A stretch of 64,000 nucleotides of DNA, from positions 62,001-126,000 of the forward strand of contig CDRNVI010000153.1 in assembly GCA_977017575.1 (NCBI GenBank), read 5' to 3'. The translations under genes and the position numbers were made by a program. Source of the DNA: Paramoeba atlantica. Its lineage: Eukaryota; Protista; Discosea. This document shows positions 33,551 through 44,114 of this stretch, piece by piece. Under the pieces are notes generated by a model. It searched no databases and was not told where the DNA came from. It was given only the letters and a program-made list of their open reading frames with translations. How positions within the stretch are numbered: the first letter of the stretch is position 1; every line of letters begins with the position of its first letter.

Positions 33551-36500
33551 GAGAGAAAGAGAAGAGAGAAAGAGAAGAGAGAAAGAGAAAAGAACCATTG
33601 TAATAAGAGATTGGCTAATTTCGCAACACTTTTCGGTGTCTCCTTTTTCTTTTTCGATCAAAACAGAAGAGGAAGAAGAGAGAGAAGAAGAGACGGAAGA
33701 AGAGAGAGAAGAAGAGAGAGAAGAAGAGAGAGAAGAAGAGAGAGAAGATTGAGTAGAGGGCGTTGGGTCTCTCTTTCTCTTTCTCATTGCCGTCGTCGTC
33801 GTTGCTGTCTTTGTTGACAATGGTAATGATGTTGTTGTCTTTGTTGATGATGTCGATGGTAATGATGTTGGTGTTGTTTTCTTTGTTGATGTTGATGGTA
33901 ATGTTGTTGTTGTTTTTGTTTTTGTTGGTGATGGTAATGCCGTTGTTGTTTTTGATATTGTTTTCTTTGGAACACCAACCGTTGTTGCTGGAGTGGATGT
34001 CGACTTTGGTGTTGTTGTCCTTGCTGTTGTAGTAGCAGTTGTTGTTGTTGTTGTTGTTGTTGTCTTTGTTGATGGAGAAGGCGAAGGAGAAGAAGGAGAT
34101 GGTAAGGGAGACAAATAGAGAGAGGGAGATGCAGGAGAAAAATCTGAAGAAGAGAATAATAAAGGAGAAGCTGTCGAGGATGAAGGGAGAGAAGAAGAAG
34201 AAGAAAGAGAAGAGATTTCAAGCTCAATTTCTTTTGGATTTGACTGAAAAGATTTGAGTCTCTGTCTTTTCTTTTGTGGTGGAGAAGTATTTCCTGAATT
34301 GTTTGTTTTTGTGAGGATGAGTTCGTCTTCTTGGTCGTCCTATTCGAAGAGAAGAGAGAAAGAATAAGAAACAAATAGAAATAAATAATAGAAAATAAAT
34401 GAAAAGAAAAGAAAAGAAAAGAAAAGAAAAGAAAAGAAAAGAAAAGAAAAGAAAGAAAAAAAGAAAAAAAGAAAATAAACAAATAAATAAAAAATATAAA
34501 CATAAATAAAAACCTCAGCCAATTCCATACCACGACGACCACCTTGGTCCCTACCAATCTCATCCACCATCTCAACAACAGAAGGAATCACAAGAGGACC
34601 CGAAAGAAGAGAAGAAAGAGAAGAAGAAAGAAGAGAAGAAGAAGAAAAAGAAAAAGAAGAAGAAGAAGAAAAAGAAGAATAAAGACTCTCTTCTTCCTCT
34701 GTAGTAACATATCCTCTCTCACCCCTCTCTCTCTCTCTCCTCTCCTTCTCTCTCTTTTCCCTCTCCCCCTCTTCAAACTGCCTCAACTCAAAATCCAACA
34801 ACATATCTTTAAAACTCTCTTTCTCTCTCCTCTCTTCTCTCTCTCTCTCTCTCTCTAAATTCTTCTTCTCTTCTACTTGAAGAGCAATAAGCTCAACAAA
34901 TGTTTGAAAATATTGTTGTTGTTGTTCTTGTAATTGTTTGCGAAGTTCTTCTTCTTCTTCTTGAAGAGAAGACAATTGTTGTTGCGATATTTCTTGAGTT
35001 TTTATCAAGTGACTTTGTGTTGTTTTTTGGTGTGTTGTCTGTTTTGGGAGAGAAAAGAAAAAGAGAAAGAGAAAGAAAAAAATTCTTATTATTTGCTGTT
35101 CAAAAAAAAACTTTTTTCTTTCTTTTTTCTCTTTCTTTTAAAAAAAAAATAACCTGAGAATTTAAAATTCCAAGTTTCAAAGGCAAAGAATTTTTAATTT
35201 TTTCTAAACTTGATTCTTCATTTTGTTTTCTTTTTTCTATTCTCTCCAGTTGCCTCACTTCTTCTTCTAATTTTTCGATTTCGAGAGAGATGTCTCTGGA
35301 GAAAGAAAGAGAGAAAGAAAGGAAAGAGAGAGAGAGAAAAGAGAGGGAGAAAGAAAAGAGAAAAGAGAAAAGAGTCAAAAAAAGAGAAAAAAGAGAGAAC
35401 GAAAAGAAAAAGGGAAAGGAAAAAAGAAAGAAAGAAAAAAGCAAAAAGCAAACCGAATTTTCTTTTGTTGAGGAGCAGAAGAAACAGAAGAAACAGAAGA
35501 AGAAGAAGAAAGAGAAGAAGAACTTTCTCCACTTTGTTGTTTGCTTCTAATTTGAGTTGATTTTGTTGTTGGTTTTGTTGTTGTCGTTGTTGTTGTTGTT
35601 GTTTCTTTTGACGGAACTGGAACTTTTGCCTGAGCAAGAACTTTATCTGTTGTACCATCTTTCGTCACACTTTTTGAGAGACCTTTCGTCACATCTTTCC
35701 CTTCTTCACGAATTTTTTCTTTTTGTTGCTGTGCTCCCTTGTCAGAAAAAGAGGGGAGAGAAGAAGAAGAAGAAGAAGAAGAAGAAGAAGAAGAGAGAGA
35801 AGAAGAGAGAGAAGAAGAAGAAGAAAGAGAAGAAGAAAAGAGATCAAAAGACGCTTTAAGAGGTTCAATTGTCTTTTGCCGAAAAATCAAATATTGATCC
35901 CAAAGATGAGAGGAGCCAGTGGACATTTTATCCAAATTTTCTTCCATTTCTGTGATTTTTTGACCCCAATTTTGGATTTCTTGGCCCAATTTTTTGATTT
36001 CTTCTCTTTTTCTTTCTTCTTCTTTTCTTCTCTCTTCTTCTTCTTCTTCTTCTTCTTCTCTTCTCTCTTTTTCTTTCTTTTCTTCTTCTCTTTTTTTTCT
36101 CTCTTCTTCTCTTCTTGTTTCTCTTTTCTTCCTTTCTTCTTCTCTTCTTTTCTCTTCTTTATTTTTTTCTTCCCTGTTCCTTTTCTCTTCTTCTCTTTTT
36201 ATGTCTTCAATTTTCTTCGCTTCTTTTCTTCGTCTTTCTTCGTCTTTCTTCTTCTCTTCCTCTCTCTTCTTCTCTTCTTCTTTCTTCTTCTCTTCTTCTC
36301 TTTTCTTCTCTTCTTCTCTCTTCTTCTCTTCTTCTCTTCTCTTCTCTTCTCTCTTTCTCTCTTCTTCTCTTCTCTCTTCTTCTCTCTTCTTCTCCCTCGC
36401 TTCTTCTTCTCTTCTTTTCTCTTCTTCTCTTCTTTTCTCTTCTTCTCTTCTTCTCTCTTCTTCTCTTCTTCTCTCTTCTTCTCTTTTTTTCTCTTCTTCT

Positions 36501-39500
36501 CTTCTCTTCTCTTCTTCTCTTCTCTTCTCTTCTTCTCTTCTCTTCTCTTCTTCTCTTCTTCTCTCTTCTTCTCTCCTCTCCTCTTCTCTCTTCCTCTCGT
36601 CTTCCCTCTTTCTCTCGTCTTCTCTCCTCTTCTCCTCTCTCTCTCTTTCTTCCTCTCTCTTCCTCTCTTCTTCCCGAATATTTTCTTCTTTCTCCCCCTC
36701 TCTTTCCTTCATCACTTCAAGAGCGTGAATTATTTCTTTCTCTTTTTCTCCTACACCCATTATATTTTCTTCTTTACCAAGTAGTTTTCTTTCCCCTTCT
36801 TCTTTCTTCTCTCCTCCCTCCCCCTCTCCCTTTCTCTCTCTTTCATCTTCTTCCCTTCTTTCTCTCCTCCCACTTTCATCATCTTTTCTCTCTCCTCTTT
36901 CTCCTCTTTCTCCTCTTTCTCTTCTTTCACTAGACCCAGTCATCCACCACATTCCTCCACTCGCCGCATCACCAGATCGATCCCGATCCCAATCGTACAC
37001 TCTCCCCCATCGATTTCCCATCTCTCTCTCTCTCTCCCTCTCTCTCTCCCTCTCTCTCTCCCTCTCTCGATCACTCTCTCTATCTCTTTCCCTTTGCCTT
37101 TCCCTTTCTCGCGCTCTTTCTCGTGCTCTCTCCCTTTCTCGCGCTCTTTCTCTCTCCATTTCTCTCTCTCTATTCTCTCTCGCCTCAAATTGTTCTCGAT
37201 TTTGGAAATCAAGAGGAATTGTACCTCGCTCAACATCAATAGGAGACCTTTTCATGTCCAAAGACTCTTCCTTTTTCACTTTTGGAGAAAGAGCTTGTTT
37301 TTGTGGAGGAGGAGAGTGTTGGCGAGAAGGACTTGGGTCGATTTCAATTGTAAAATGAGGAGAAGAACGGGGAGGAGGGGAGGAGCGAAGAGGAGAGCGA
37401 AGAGGAGAGCGAAGAGGAGAAAAGCGTGTCGGAGAACGAAGAGAAGAAGGAGGAGATGGAAAGGGGCCTCTTCTCGGAGGAGGAGGGGAGAAATCTCTTC
37501 TATTATGGCGAGAAAAGAATCGAGGGTGTCTCGGAGAAAGAGGAGATCTTTGTCTTCGAGCAGGAGGAAGAGGAGATGGTGATCGGCGTCTTGTTCTGTT
37601 TGGAGGGGAAGGTGTGTTTCTTCTTCTTCGAAGAATTGGTGTTCGAAGAGATGGGGGAGTTGTTCTATTTTGGTGAGGAGAAGAAGGAGGGGATCTTTTT
37701 GACCAAGAAGAAGAAGAAGAAGAAGAAGGGATTTGAGATCTCCAAGATGGAGAATTTCTCCAATTGGAAGAAAATCCTCCTCTCGAACGAGGTGAACGAG
37801 GCGAAGGAGATCGTCTTCCACGAGAAGGAGAAGGAGATAACCTTTTCCTTGGAAGTGATGTTGGAGAAGAAATTGATCTCCCTCTTCGATAAGAAGAAGA
37901 AGAGAAAGGAGGAGGTCGAGGGAGAGGGAGTGGAGGCTGAGGAGAAGAAGTAAAAATTGTTGATTGGCTTTTTCGAATGGGAGATCGAGTGGGAGAGAAA
38001 GGGGGGGATTCATTGTTTTTGCGATGGTCCCATCCTGATGATCTTGTTTCTCCAAATCTGAATTCAATTTTAGTTTTTCAATATTTTGAATTGAAATGAA
38101 TAATAAATTAAGAATAAAATAAAGAAAACTCGACAAAAAAGAAAAAGAAAAAGAAAGAAAGAGTGGAAAAAAAGAATAAATAAATAAATAAATAAATAAT
38201 CACAATAAAATAACCACCTCTCTCTCCCAAAATCACGCGAAGGAGAAGATCGAAAACGAGGAGGAGAAGGAGTAATTTGTCTCAATTTTGAGAGTTGAAT
38301 CACAGGAGATAAAGACTCTCTTCTTTCTATTCTCTTGTTTCGAGGAGAAAGAGACTCTCTTCTTTCTATTCTCTTATTTCTAGGAGATAAAGAATCTCTT
38401 GATCGAATTCGAACAACAGAAAAAGAAGGAGATCTTCGAGAAACAAAAGAAGGAGAACGGCGCTCTCCTCCACTAAAGGAGAGAGGGGATCGCTGGTGGA
38501 TAAAAGAAGAAGAAGGAGGAGAAGGAGAGAAGCGATGGAGAAAGGAAGGAGATTTTCCTCCTCCTCCTCTTTCTTGTTTTGAAAAAGAAAGAGGAGAAGA
38601 TCTTCGAGGTCTTGTTTGTTCTCCGAAATGAGAAAGAGGAGATGATAATCTTGATGTTGGAGGAGATGATCGTCTTGATAGTGGAGATGATAATCTTGAT
38701 GATAGAGGAGATGGTTGTCTTGGTAATGGAGATGATCTTCTTAATTGGAGAGGAGGTGATCGTCTTGATAATGGAGGAGATGACATTCTTGATGGAGATG
38801 ATAATCTTGATGTTGGAGGAGGGGACGTTCGTCTTGGTGGAGGAGGTGATGATCTACGCGTTGGAGATGATCGTCTTGACAATGGAGATGACAATCTTGA
38901 CGATAGAGGAGGTGATCGTCTTGACAATGGAGACGATAATCTTGATGATAGAGGAGGTGATCGTCTTGGTAATGGAGATGATCTTCTTGATTGGAGAGGA
39001 GGTGATCGTCTTGGTAATGGAGGTGATCGTCTTGATGATAGAGGGGATGAGAGTCGTGGTGGTGGAGGAGAAGATCGTCTTGATAATGGTGGAGATGATA
39101 ATCTTGACGAGAGAGGAGGTGATCTTCTTGATAATGGTGGGGATGACAATCTTGACGATAGAGGAGATGAGTGTCTTGGAGGAGGAGATGGAGAACGGCG
39201 ACGATCCCATCCACTTCGAAAAGTAGAAGGAGGAGGAGGAGGAGGAGGAAGATCTCGAAGTCTTCTTGGTGGAGGAGAAGATCTCCTTTCTTCATCTCTC
39301 CAACTAGAAGGAGGACTGCCAACAACAACAACAGGACTTCGAGGTTGATAAGAAGATTTTTTTGGAGGTGACCTTCTATCTCCAAAAGAGAATTTTGATT
39401 CTCCTTGTCGTCCCCATCTTCCACTCACTCCACCCCATGAAGAAGAAAGAGGAGGAGGAGGAGGAGATGAAGAAGGTTCATATTCTCTTCTTTGGTTCCG

Positions 39501-39845
39501 AGAAGGGGGACTTGTTTCTCGATCTCTTCTTTGAGAACCACGAAAATCCTTCATCTCCTTCTCTTCCTGGGTTGTTCTTGGAGGGGTCCTTCTTCCCTCA
39601 TCTCGAAAACGAAGAGACGAACCACCATGTGTGGTGGTGTTCCCTCTCTCTCTTCTCTCTTCATCTTCACGGAACCGATGATGATGTTGAGGGGGAAAGA
39701 TTGGAGGGGGAGAACGACGTTGTTCTGGATGAAAAGAAGAAGAAGAAGAAGAAGATCGTGCTTGTGGTGGTGGTGGTGGTGGTCGATGTAGTCTTGGAGG
39801 GTATCCTCCTCGTCGAGTTGTTCCTCGAAATCCTCTTCCCCTCAT
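26048..39845 (-). CDS. ZFC3H1: Large multi-exon ZFC3H1/Red1-like protein: Arg/Ser/Pro-rich N-terminus, long E/K/R coiled coil, zf-C3H1-type zinc finger, helical C-terminus; boundaries approximate
   Basis: Spliced YVSPLNMFRGY…FDPIRPICRFELHG|QCNAPSCEFQH (C-x7-C-x4-C-x3-H, ~32660-33110) resembles the ZFC3H1/Red1 finger. ATG at 39845 (MRGRGFRG…). Same-strand low-complexity exons continue to ~26050. It could be more than one gene. Confidence 0.55.
38640..39190 (-). repeat. Coding tandem repeats (SSRLSSPLSRRSPPL-type)
   Basis: Recurrent GATAATCTTGA / GATCGTCTTG units on the + strand. Confidence 0.85.
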
Positions 39846-40158
39846 TCTTTCTTTCTTTCTTTTTTCTTCTCTGGCTCTTGCCAAAAGTCTTGTTTCTTTC
39901 GAAAAGAAAAGAAAAACGAAAAACAAAAAAAAAGGAAAGAAAACTGAAACGATTTATTCGACTATCAAAAAGAATCAAATTCATTTTTTTTTTGGTATTT
40001 ATTTCGAGCATTTTGGTGCCTTTTTTTTTTTTCTTTTCTTTTTCTTTTTTGGTTGACTCAAGAGTTTTGTTGGTTTTTCAATTTTTTTGTTTTGTTTTGT
40101 TTTCTGATTTCAAAGAAAAAACCAAAATATCTTTTTTCAACAAACAAAAAAAAACATC

Positions 40159-41665
40159 ATGACAAACAAAAAAGAAGAAGAAAAGGTTTTATTAAGAGTG
40201 ATAGAAGATGGAGAAGGAGAAGAAACAATCGTTTTTGTTCATGGATGGCCTGACAATTACCACACATTTGACAAACAAATTGCTCATTTTTCGAAGAATT
40301 ATCGTTGTATTCGTTTGGTTATGCCATTTTATGGTGATTCTAAAGAGTAATTTATTTTTTTTTCCTTTTATTTCTTCAGTTCTTCTTTTTTCTTTTTCTT
40401 TTTCTCTCCTTTTCCCTTCTCTTATTTCACCCAAATCCCCTCCCCGCCCTCTCTCTCTTCTCTCTCTCCAAAAAAAGTGAAGGAGGAGCAATCTCAGGAA
40501 ACAGAAAAAGATACAACAGATGGGGATACAATTTCGAAAGCATCGGAAACATGATTGGTGATACAATTCAAAGTGTTTGTGGTCCGAGAGCTCTTGTTAC
40601 TGTTGTTGCTCATGATTGGGGGGTCCACTGGGCATCTTATTTTCAAGTTTGTTTGTTTTATTTTTTTTTTTTTCTTTTTTTTTTCTTTTTCTTTCTTTTT
40701 TTTTTTTTTCTTTTTTTTCTCTCTCTTATTTTCAAGTTTTTTCTTTTTCTTTTTCTTCTTTTCTTTTTTTTTCTTTTTTATCTCTCTCTTTTCTTTTTCT
40801 TTTCTCTTTGGTTTTTCTGAAATATCAAAAATATCAAAATAAAAAATAAATTCTAGAAACAACACCCAGAAATGGTGAAAAAAATTGTCTTATTAGATGT
40901 TGAATGTCCAACATTTCGACGACCACCATTCAGGATGTTTCCTGCTTTGATTTTAATGGGTGTTTATTATCAGGTTTTTCTTCTTCTTCTTCTTCTTTCT
41001 TCTTTCTTCTTCTTCTTTTCTCCTTTCTCTGCTCTTTTTAAAATCTAAAATGTCATATTTTGTTTGGTTTCATTTGAAAATTTCATCTTCGTTTTTTTTT
41101 GATTGTTTTGAACTCAGTGGTGGTTGATTTTGGCATGGATGTTGCTTGCATTTCCACTCATTGGCAAATTTTTGGCCAATTTTTTCTTTCGATGGACGGT
41201 TTTTTTTTTCTCCTTTTTTTTTTTTTCAAATTTTCCCTTTATTTCTTATTTCTTCTCTTTCAATAAAAACTCATTTTTTTTTTTCAAATATTTAAGGTTG
41301 GAAGACTGAGACATTCTGCAAAAGGAAAAGATCCCCTTCCTCAAGATGAAATCTCAGAACTAACCCCTCTCTGTGGCTTTCCATATTTTTACTTTCAAAC
41401 CAACACGATTCTTGAGGCTTTGTTCCTTCGCTCTCCTTTAGGCCATTCGAGTTCTGAGGCACGACCAACTTGCCCTTGTTTATTCATGTGGGGAAAACAA
41501 AAGAAAATTCAATTCCATGGCAGGAGATGGGTGAAGGAGTTGCAGGCGAGGGATGGATGTGATGCTATTCAGGTTGATGGGTCACATTGGTTCTTTTGGG
41601 AGGAACCTGATTTTGTGAATGCGAAGATTGAAGAATTCATCCAGTCCAACAAAGCAAATTTGTGA
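40159..41665 (+). CDS. Alpha/beta-fold hydrolase (epoxide hydrolase-like), about 5 exons
   Basis: FVHGWPD oxyanion motif, nucleophile elbow VAHDWG, and C-terminal GSHWFFWEEPDFVN with the catalytic His. Confidence 0.88.
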
Positions 41666-41793
41666 AGAAAAAGATTTTATTCAGTTTCGATTTTGGGTGT
41701 GAGGAGTGAGAGGAGAGAGCAGTTTTCGGGGGTTGGTTCACCAAAAAATGATCTCAAAAAATAAAAATAAATGGGAATTCAAAAAAAAAGTCA

Positions 41794-43785
41794 TCATTGT
41801 ACAAATGGGATCATCAAAAACGTAATTGAATGAGGATCAAGTGCCATTCCACCTCCAACAACAATCCTCTCTTCCCCTCTTTCCACAATATCTCCAGGGA
41901 GTTCTCCATGTTCACCAAGTTGCAAACTCTGACCATTCAAATAGGTCTGAGAGGAAGTTAAACTATCTGAAGTTACAGAATAGACCACAACTCTCTCAAT
42001 TTCCAAAGAAGAAGAAGAAGAAGAAGAAGAAGATTCAGTTGCTGTTGACAAAGATTCTGTTAATGAAGGAGCACTGATATCATCTGGTCCTTTTGTTGGA
42101 GAAGACGAACTTTGCACGTTTTTTTTTCGAGACCATTGTTTTTTTTGTTGTGAAAAATTTAAAAAATCTTTTTCTTCGTTACAAGCAGTGGTAAAACCAG
42201 CAGAGAGAATGGGAAGTTCAACAAAAACTTTTCCAGGCCGAACATTAATCAATACAACCATCATTGCTGAGTCATTTTTCTCCTTTCTCAGATGAATTAA
42301 ATGCAAACGAGTTAAGGCAGCAGGGGAAGCACAAAAAGCATATGCTCGAACATCATTTCGAGGAAGCATTTGATCGGAAAGAAGGGTCCCTTTTGTTGAA
42401 GTCTGAAAAGAAATAGGAGATGTCAAGGTTTTAAAAAGAATAGCAATCCAATAATCAGGGGTGGGGGAATAATTTTCCATCAAAGGATCACTAACAATCA
42501 GACCATAATTTCCTCCAATGAGTTGCTGTCGAATCATCAAAGGCCCTAACTTCTCAGAAGTTGTCTGATTCACCTCTGAAAAGCCCAGTAAACTCGATTG
42601 AGAAAACATTCCAAGTTGATCTGCATACCAAAGAGAGCTCACAAATCTATCAGATGCATTTACAAGGCCTCCTCCAGAAACACTTGCTGTCTCTCCAACC
42701 CAGACTGTTGGTTTTGTCGTTGTATCCCTTGAGAATGAAGTTTGATGTAACTTTGGCAATCTCTTTTTATGTTGGACTCTTTCAGTCGTTTCATTCTTTA
42801 TCAAGAAGTCGTAATTTTCGTTCACACAATTTTGAAAACTGACAGCTCGATCAAGAAATTGGTTCATATAAACAGGGTCTTCAATCCTCCCAATCGTCCC
42901 ATTATCCCAGACACGCACATCTTGAGAGAGACCATAATAGTGCCAAGTATAGACATCCATAATCGTACTATTCGCCTCCTTTTCTTGCTTTGCAGTCTCA
43001 GAAACAAAATCACAAAAGAAATCTGGGATATTCCAAACACCAAACAATCCTACAGAGACATCTGGACCAATCAGAGGAACGTCTTTTCCATAAAAGAGAG
43101 GCAAAGAAGCTTTCAGTTGAGCAAAATCAAAAGCGAGTTGCTTCGCATTCACACAAACATCATGTTGATAGAAAGAGTTTGGCTCATTTCCGAGTTCGAG
43201 ACCAGTGAATTGGATTCCCTTTTCTTTTGCATAAGACAAAAGAACCGCAGCATTATCAGATATCCATGAGCAAGAAGAAGAAGAAGAAGAAGAAGAAAAA
43301 TTGAGGCGAGGCCAAGCAGCATTCAAACCAAAAATCAAATCAGCTCCTACATCAAGAGCAAATTGAGAAATATCTTCAAGTTGTCGACAATCAAACACCT
43401 GAGAATTTCCCCACAAATTGTGAGAGAAAGGGATCCCTTTTCCATCAACAGAATATCGAACTTGGTCTTGAGAAGTTCCACCAATTCGAAGAACAGAAGG
43501 AGCGAGATTCGCAGTCATTTGTTGGAAAAGAGATGAAGAAAGAAAGGGTGGAGTTGTTGAACCGTTGAGAAATTGGGAGATGTCGATTGAATAGCTGATG
43601 AATCGAGGGTCGAGAGAGGCCCAGACTGAACCATTGATAGAAAGAGAGAAAGAAGGGGTTGTAATTGTTGTTGTTGCCATTCTTGTTGGAGAAAGAAAGG
43701 AAAAAAAAAAAAAGAAAACGAAGATCAGAGAGTTGATCCTGAACAACAAGGAGCACCTGTTCTGAGGAGAAGCAACACCTCCCAT
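41794..43785 (-). CDS. Glycoside hydrolase family 79 (heparanase / beta-glucuronidase-like)
   Basis: Motifs LRIGGT, LIFGLN, LELGNEPN (acid/base Glu), WVGETA (nucleophile Glu), WYADQLG, RQQLIGGNYGL, PDYW. A probable 75-nt in-frame intron lies at 43682-43756. Confidence 0.9.
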   Translation of the reverse strand: MGGVASPQNRCSLLFRINSLIFVFFFFFSFLSPTRMATTTITTPSFSLSINGSVWASLDPRFISYSIDISQFLNGSTTPPFLSSSLFQQMTANLAPSVLRIGGTSQDQVRYSVDGKGIPFSHNLWGNSQVFDCRQLEDISQFALDVGADLIFGLNAAWPRLNFSSSSSSSSCSWISDNAAVLLSYAKEKGIQFTGLELGNEPNSFYQHDVCVNAKQLAFDFAQLKASLPLFYGKDVPLIGPDVSVGLFGVWNIPDFFCDFVSETAKQEKEANSTIMDVYTWHYYGLSQDVRVWDNGTIGRIEDPVYMNQFLDRAVSFQNCVNENYDFLIKNETTERVQHKKRLPKLHQTSFSRDTTTKPTVWVGETASVSGGGLVNASDRFVSSLWYADQLGMFSQSSLLGFSEVNQTTSEKLGPLMIRQQLIGGNYGLIVSDPLMENYSPTPDYWIAILFKTLTSPISFQTSTKGTLLSDQMLPRNDVRAYAFCASPAALTRLHLIHLRKEKNDSAMMVVLINVRPGKVFVELPILSAGFTTACNEEKDFLNFSQQKKQWSRKKNVQSSSSPTKGPDDISAPSLTESLSTATESSSSSSSSSLEIERVVVYSVTSDSLTSSQTYLNGQSLQLGEHGELPGDIVERGEERIVVGGGMALDPHSITFLMIPFVQ

Positions 43786-44114
43786 GTCAATTGTTGATCC
43801 AAGAATCTTTTTTTTTTTGTTTTTGTTTTTTCAAAGAGGGTGTCTGTGTTTCTCGTTCACCTCCAAAAAAATTATCCTCCTTTTTATCAGATTTTTCAAG
43901 AACGAATAATTTTTTTTAGCTTGAAAATCACAATAAAATAAAAGTCAGAAAAAATCAAAAAGGCGTGTGACTCTTTTTTTCTTTTCGGGAGGCTAAAAAG
44001 AGTCGGTTTTTCTTTTTTGCCGGTTCATGCCGAAAGAACTCATCAACCTTTTCTGATTCTCTCCTCTCTTCTTTCTTTCTCTCTCTTTCTCTTTTTTTTT
44101 CTTTTTTTGAAAAA

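Noticed and set aside
26300-38000. Dozens of F/L/S-rich or K/R/E-rich ORFs, some looking like multi-TM proteins
   Set aside because: Antisense or off-frame readings of GA/CT microsatellite exons and poly-T introns of the minus-strand gene.
43969-44004. 10-bp inverted repeat (GACTCTTTTT…AAAAAGAGTC) in the GH79/kinase intergenic region
   Set aside because: Half the stem is a T/A run, which is expected by chance in this composition; there is no supporting conservation.
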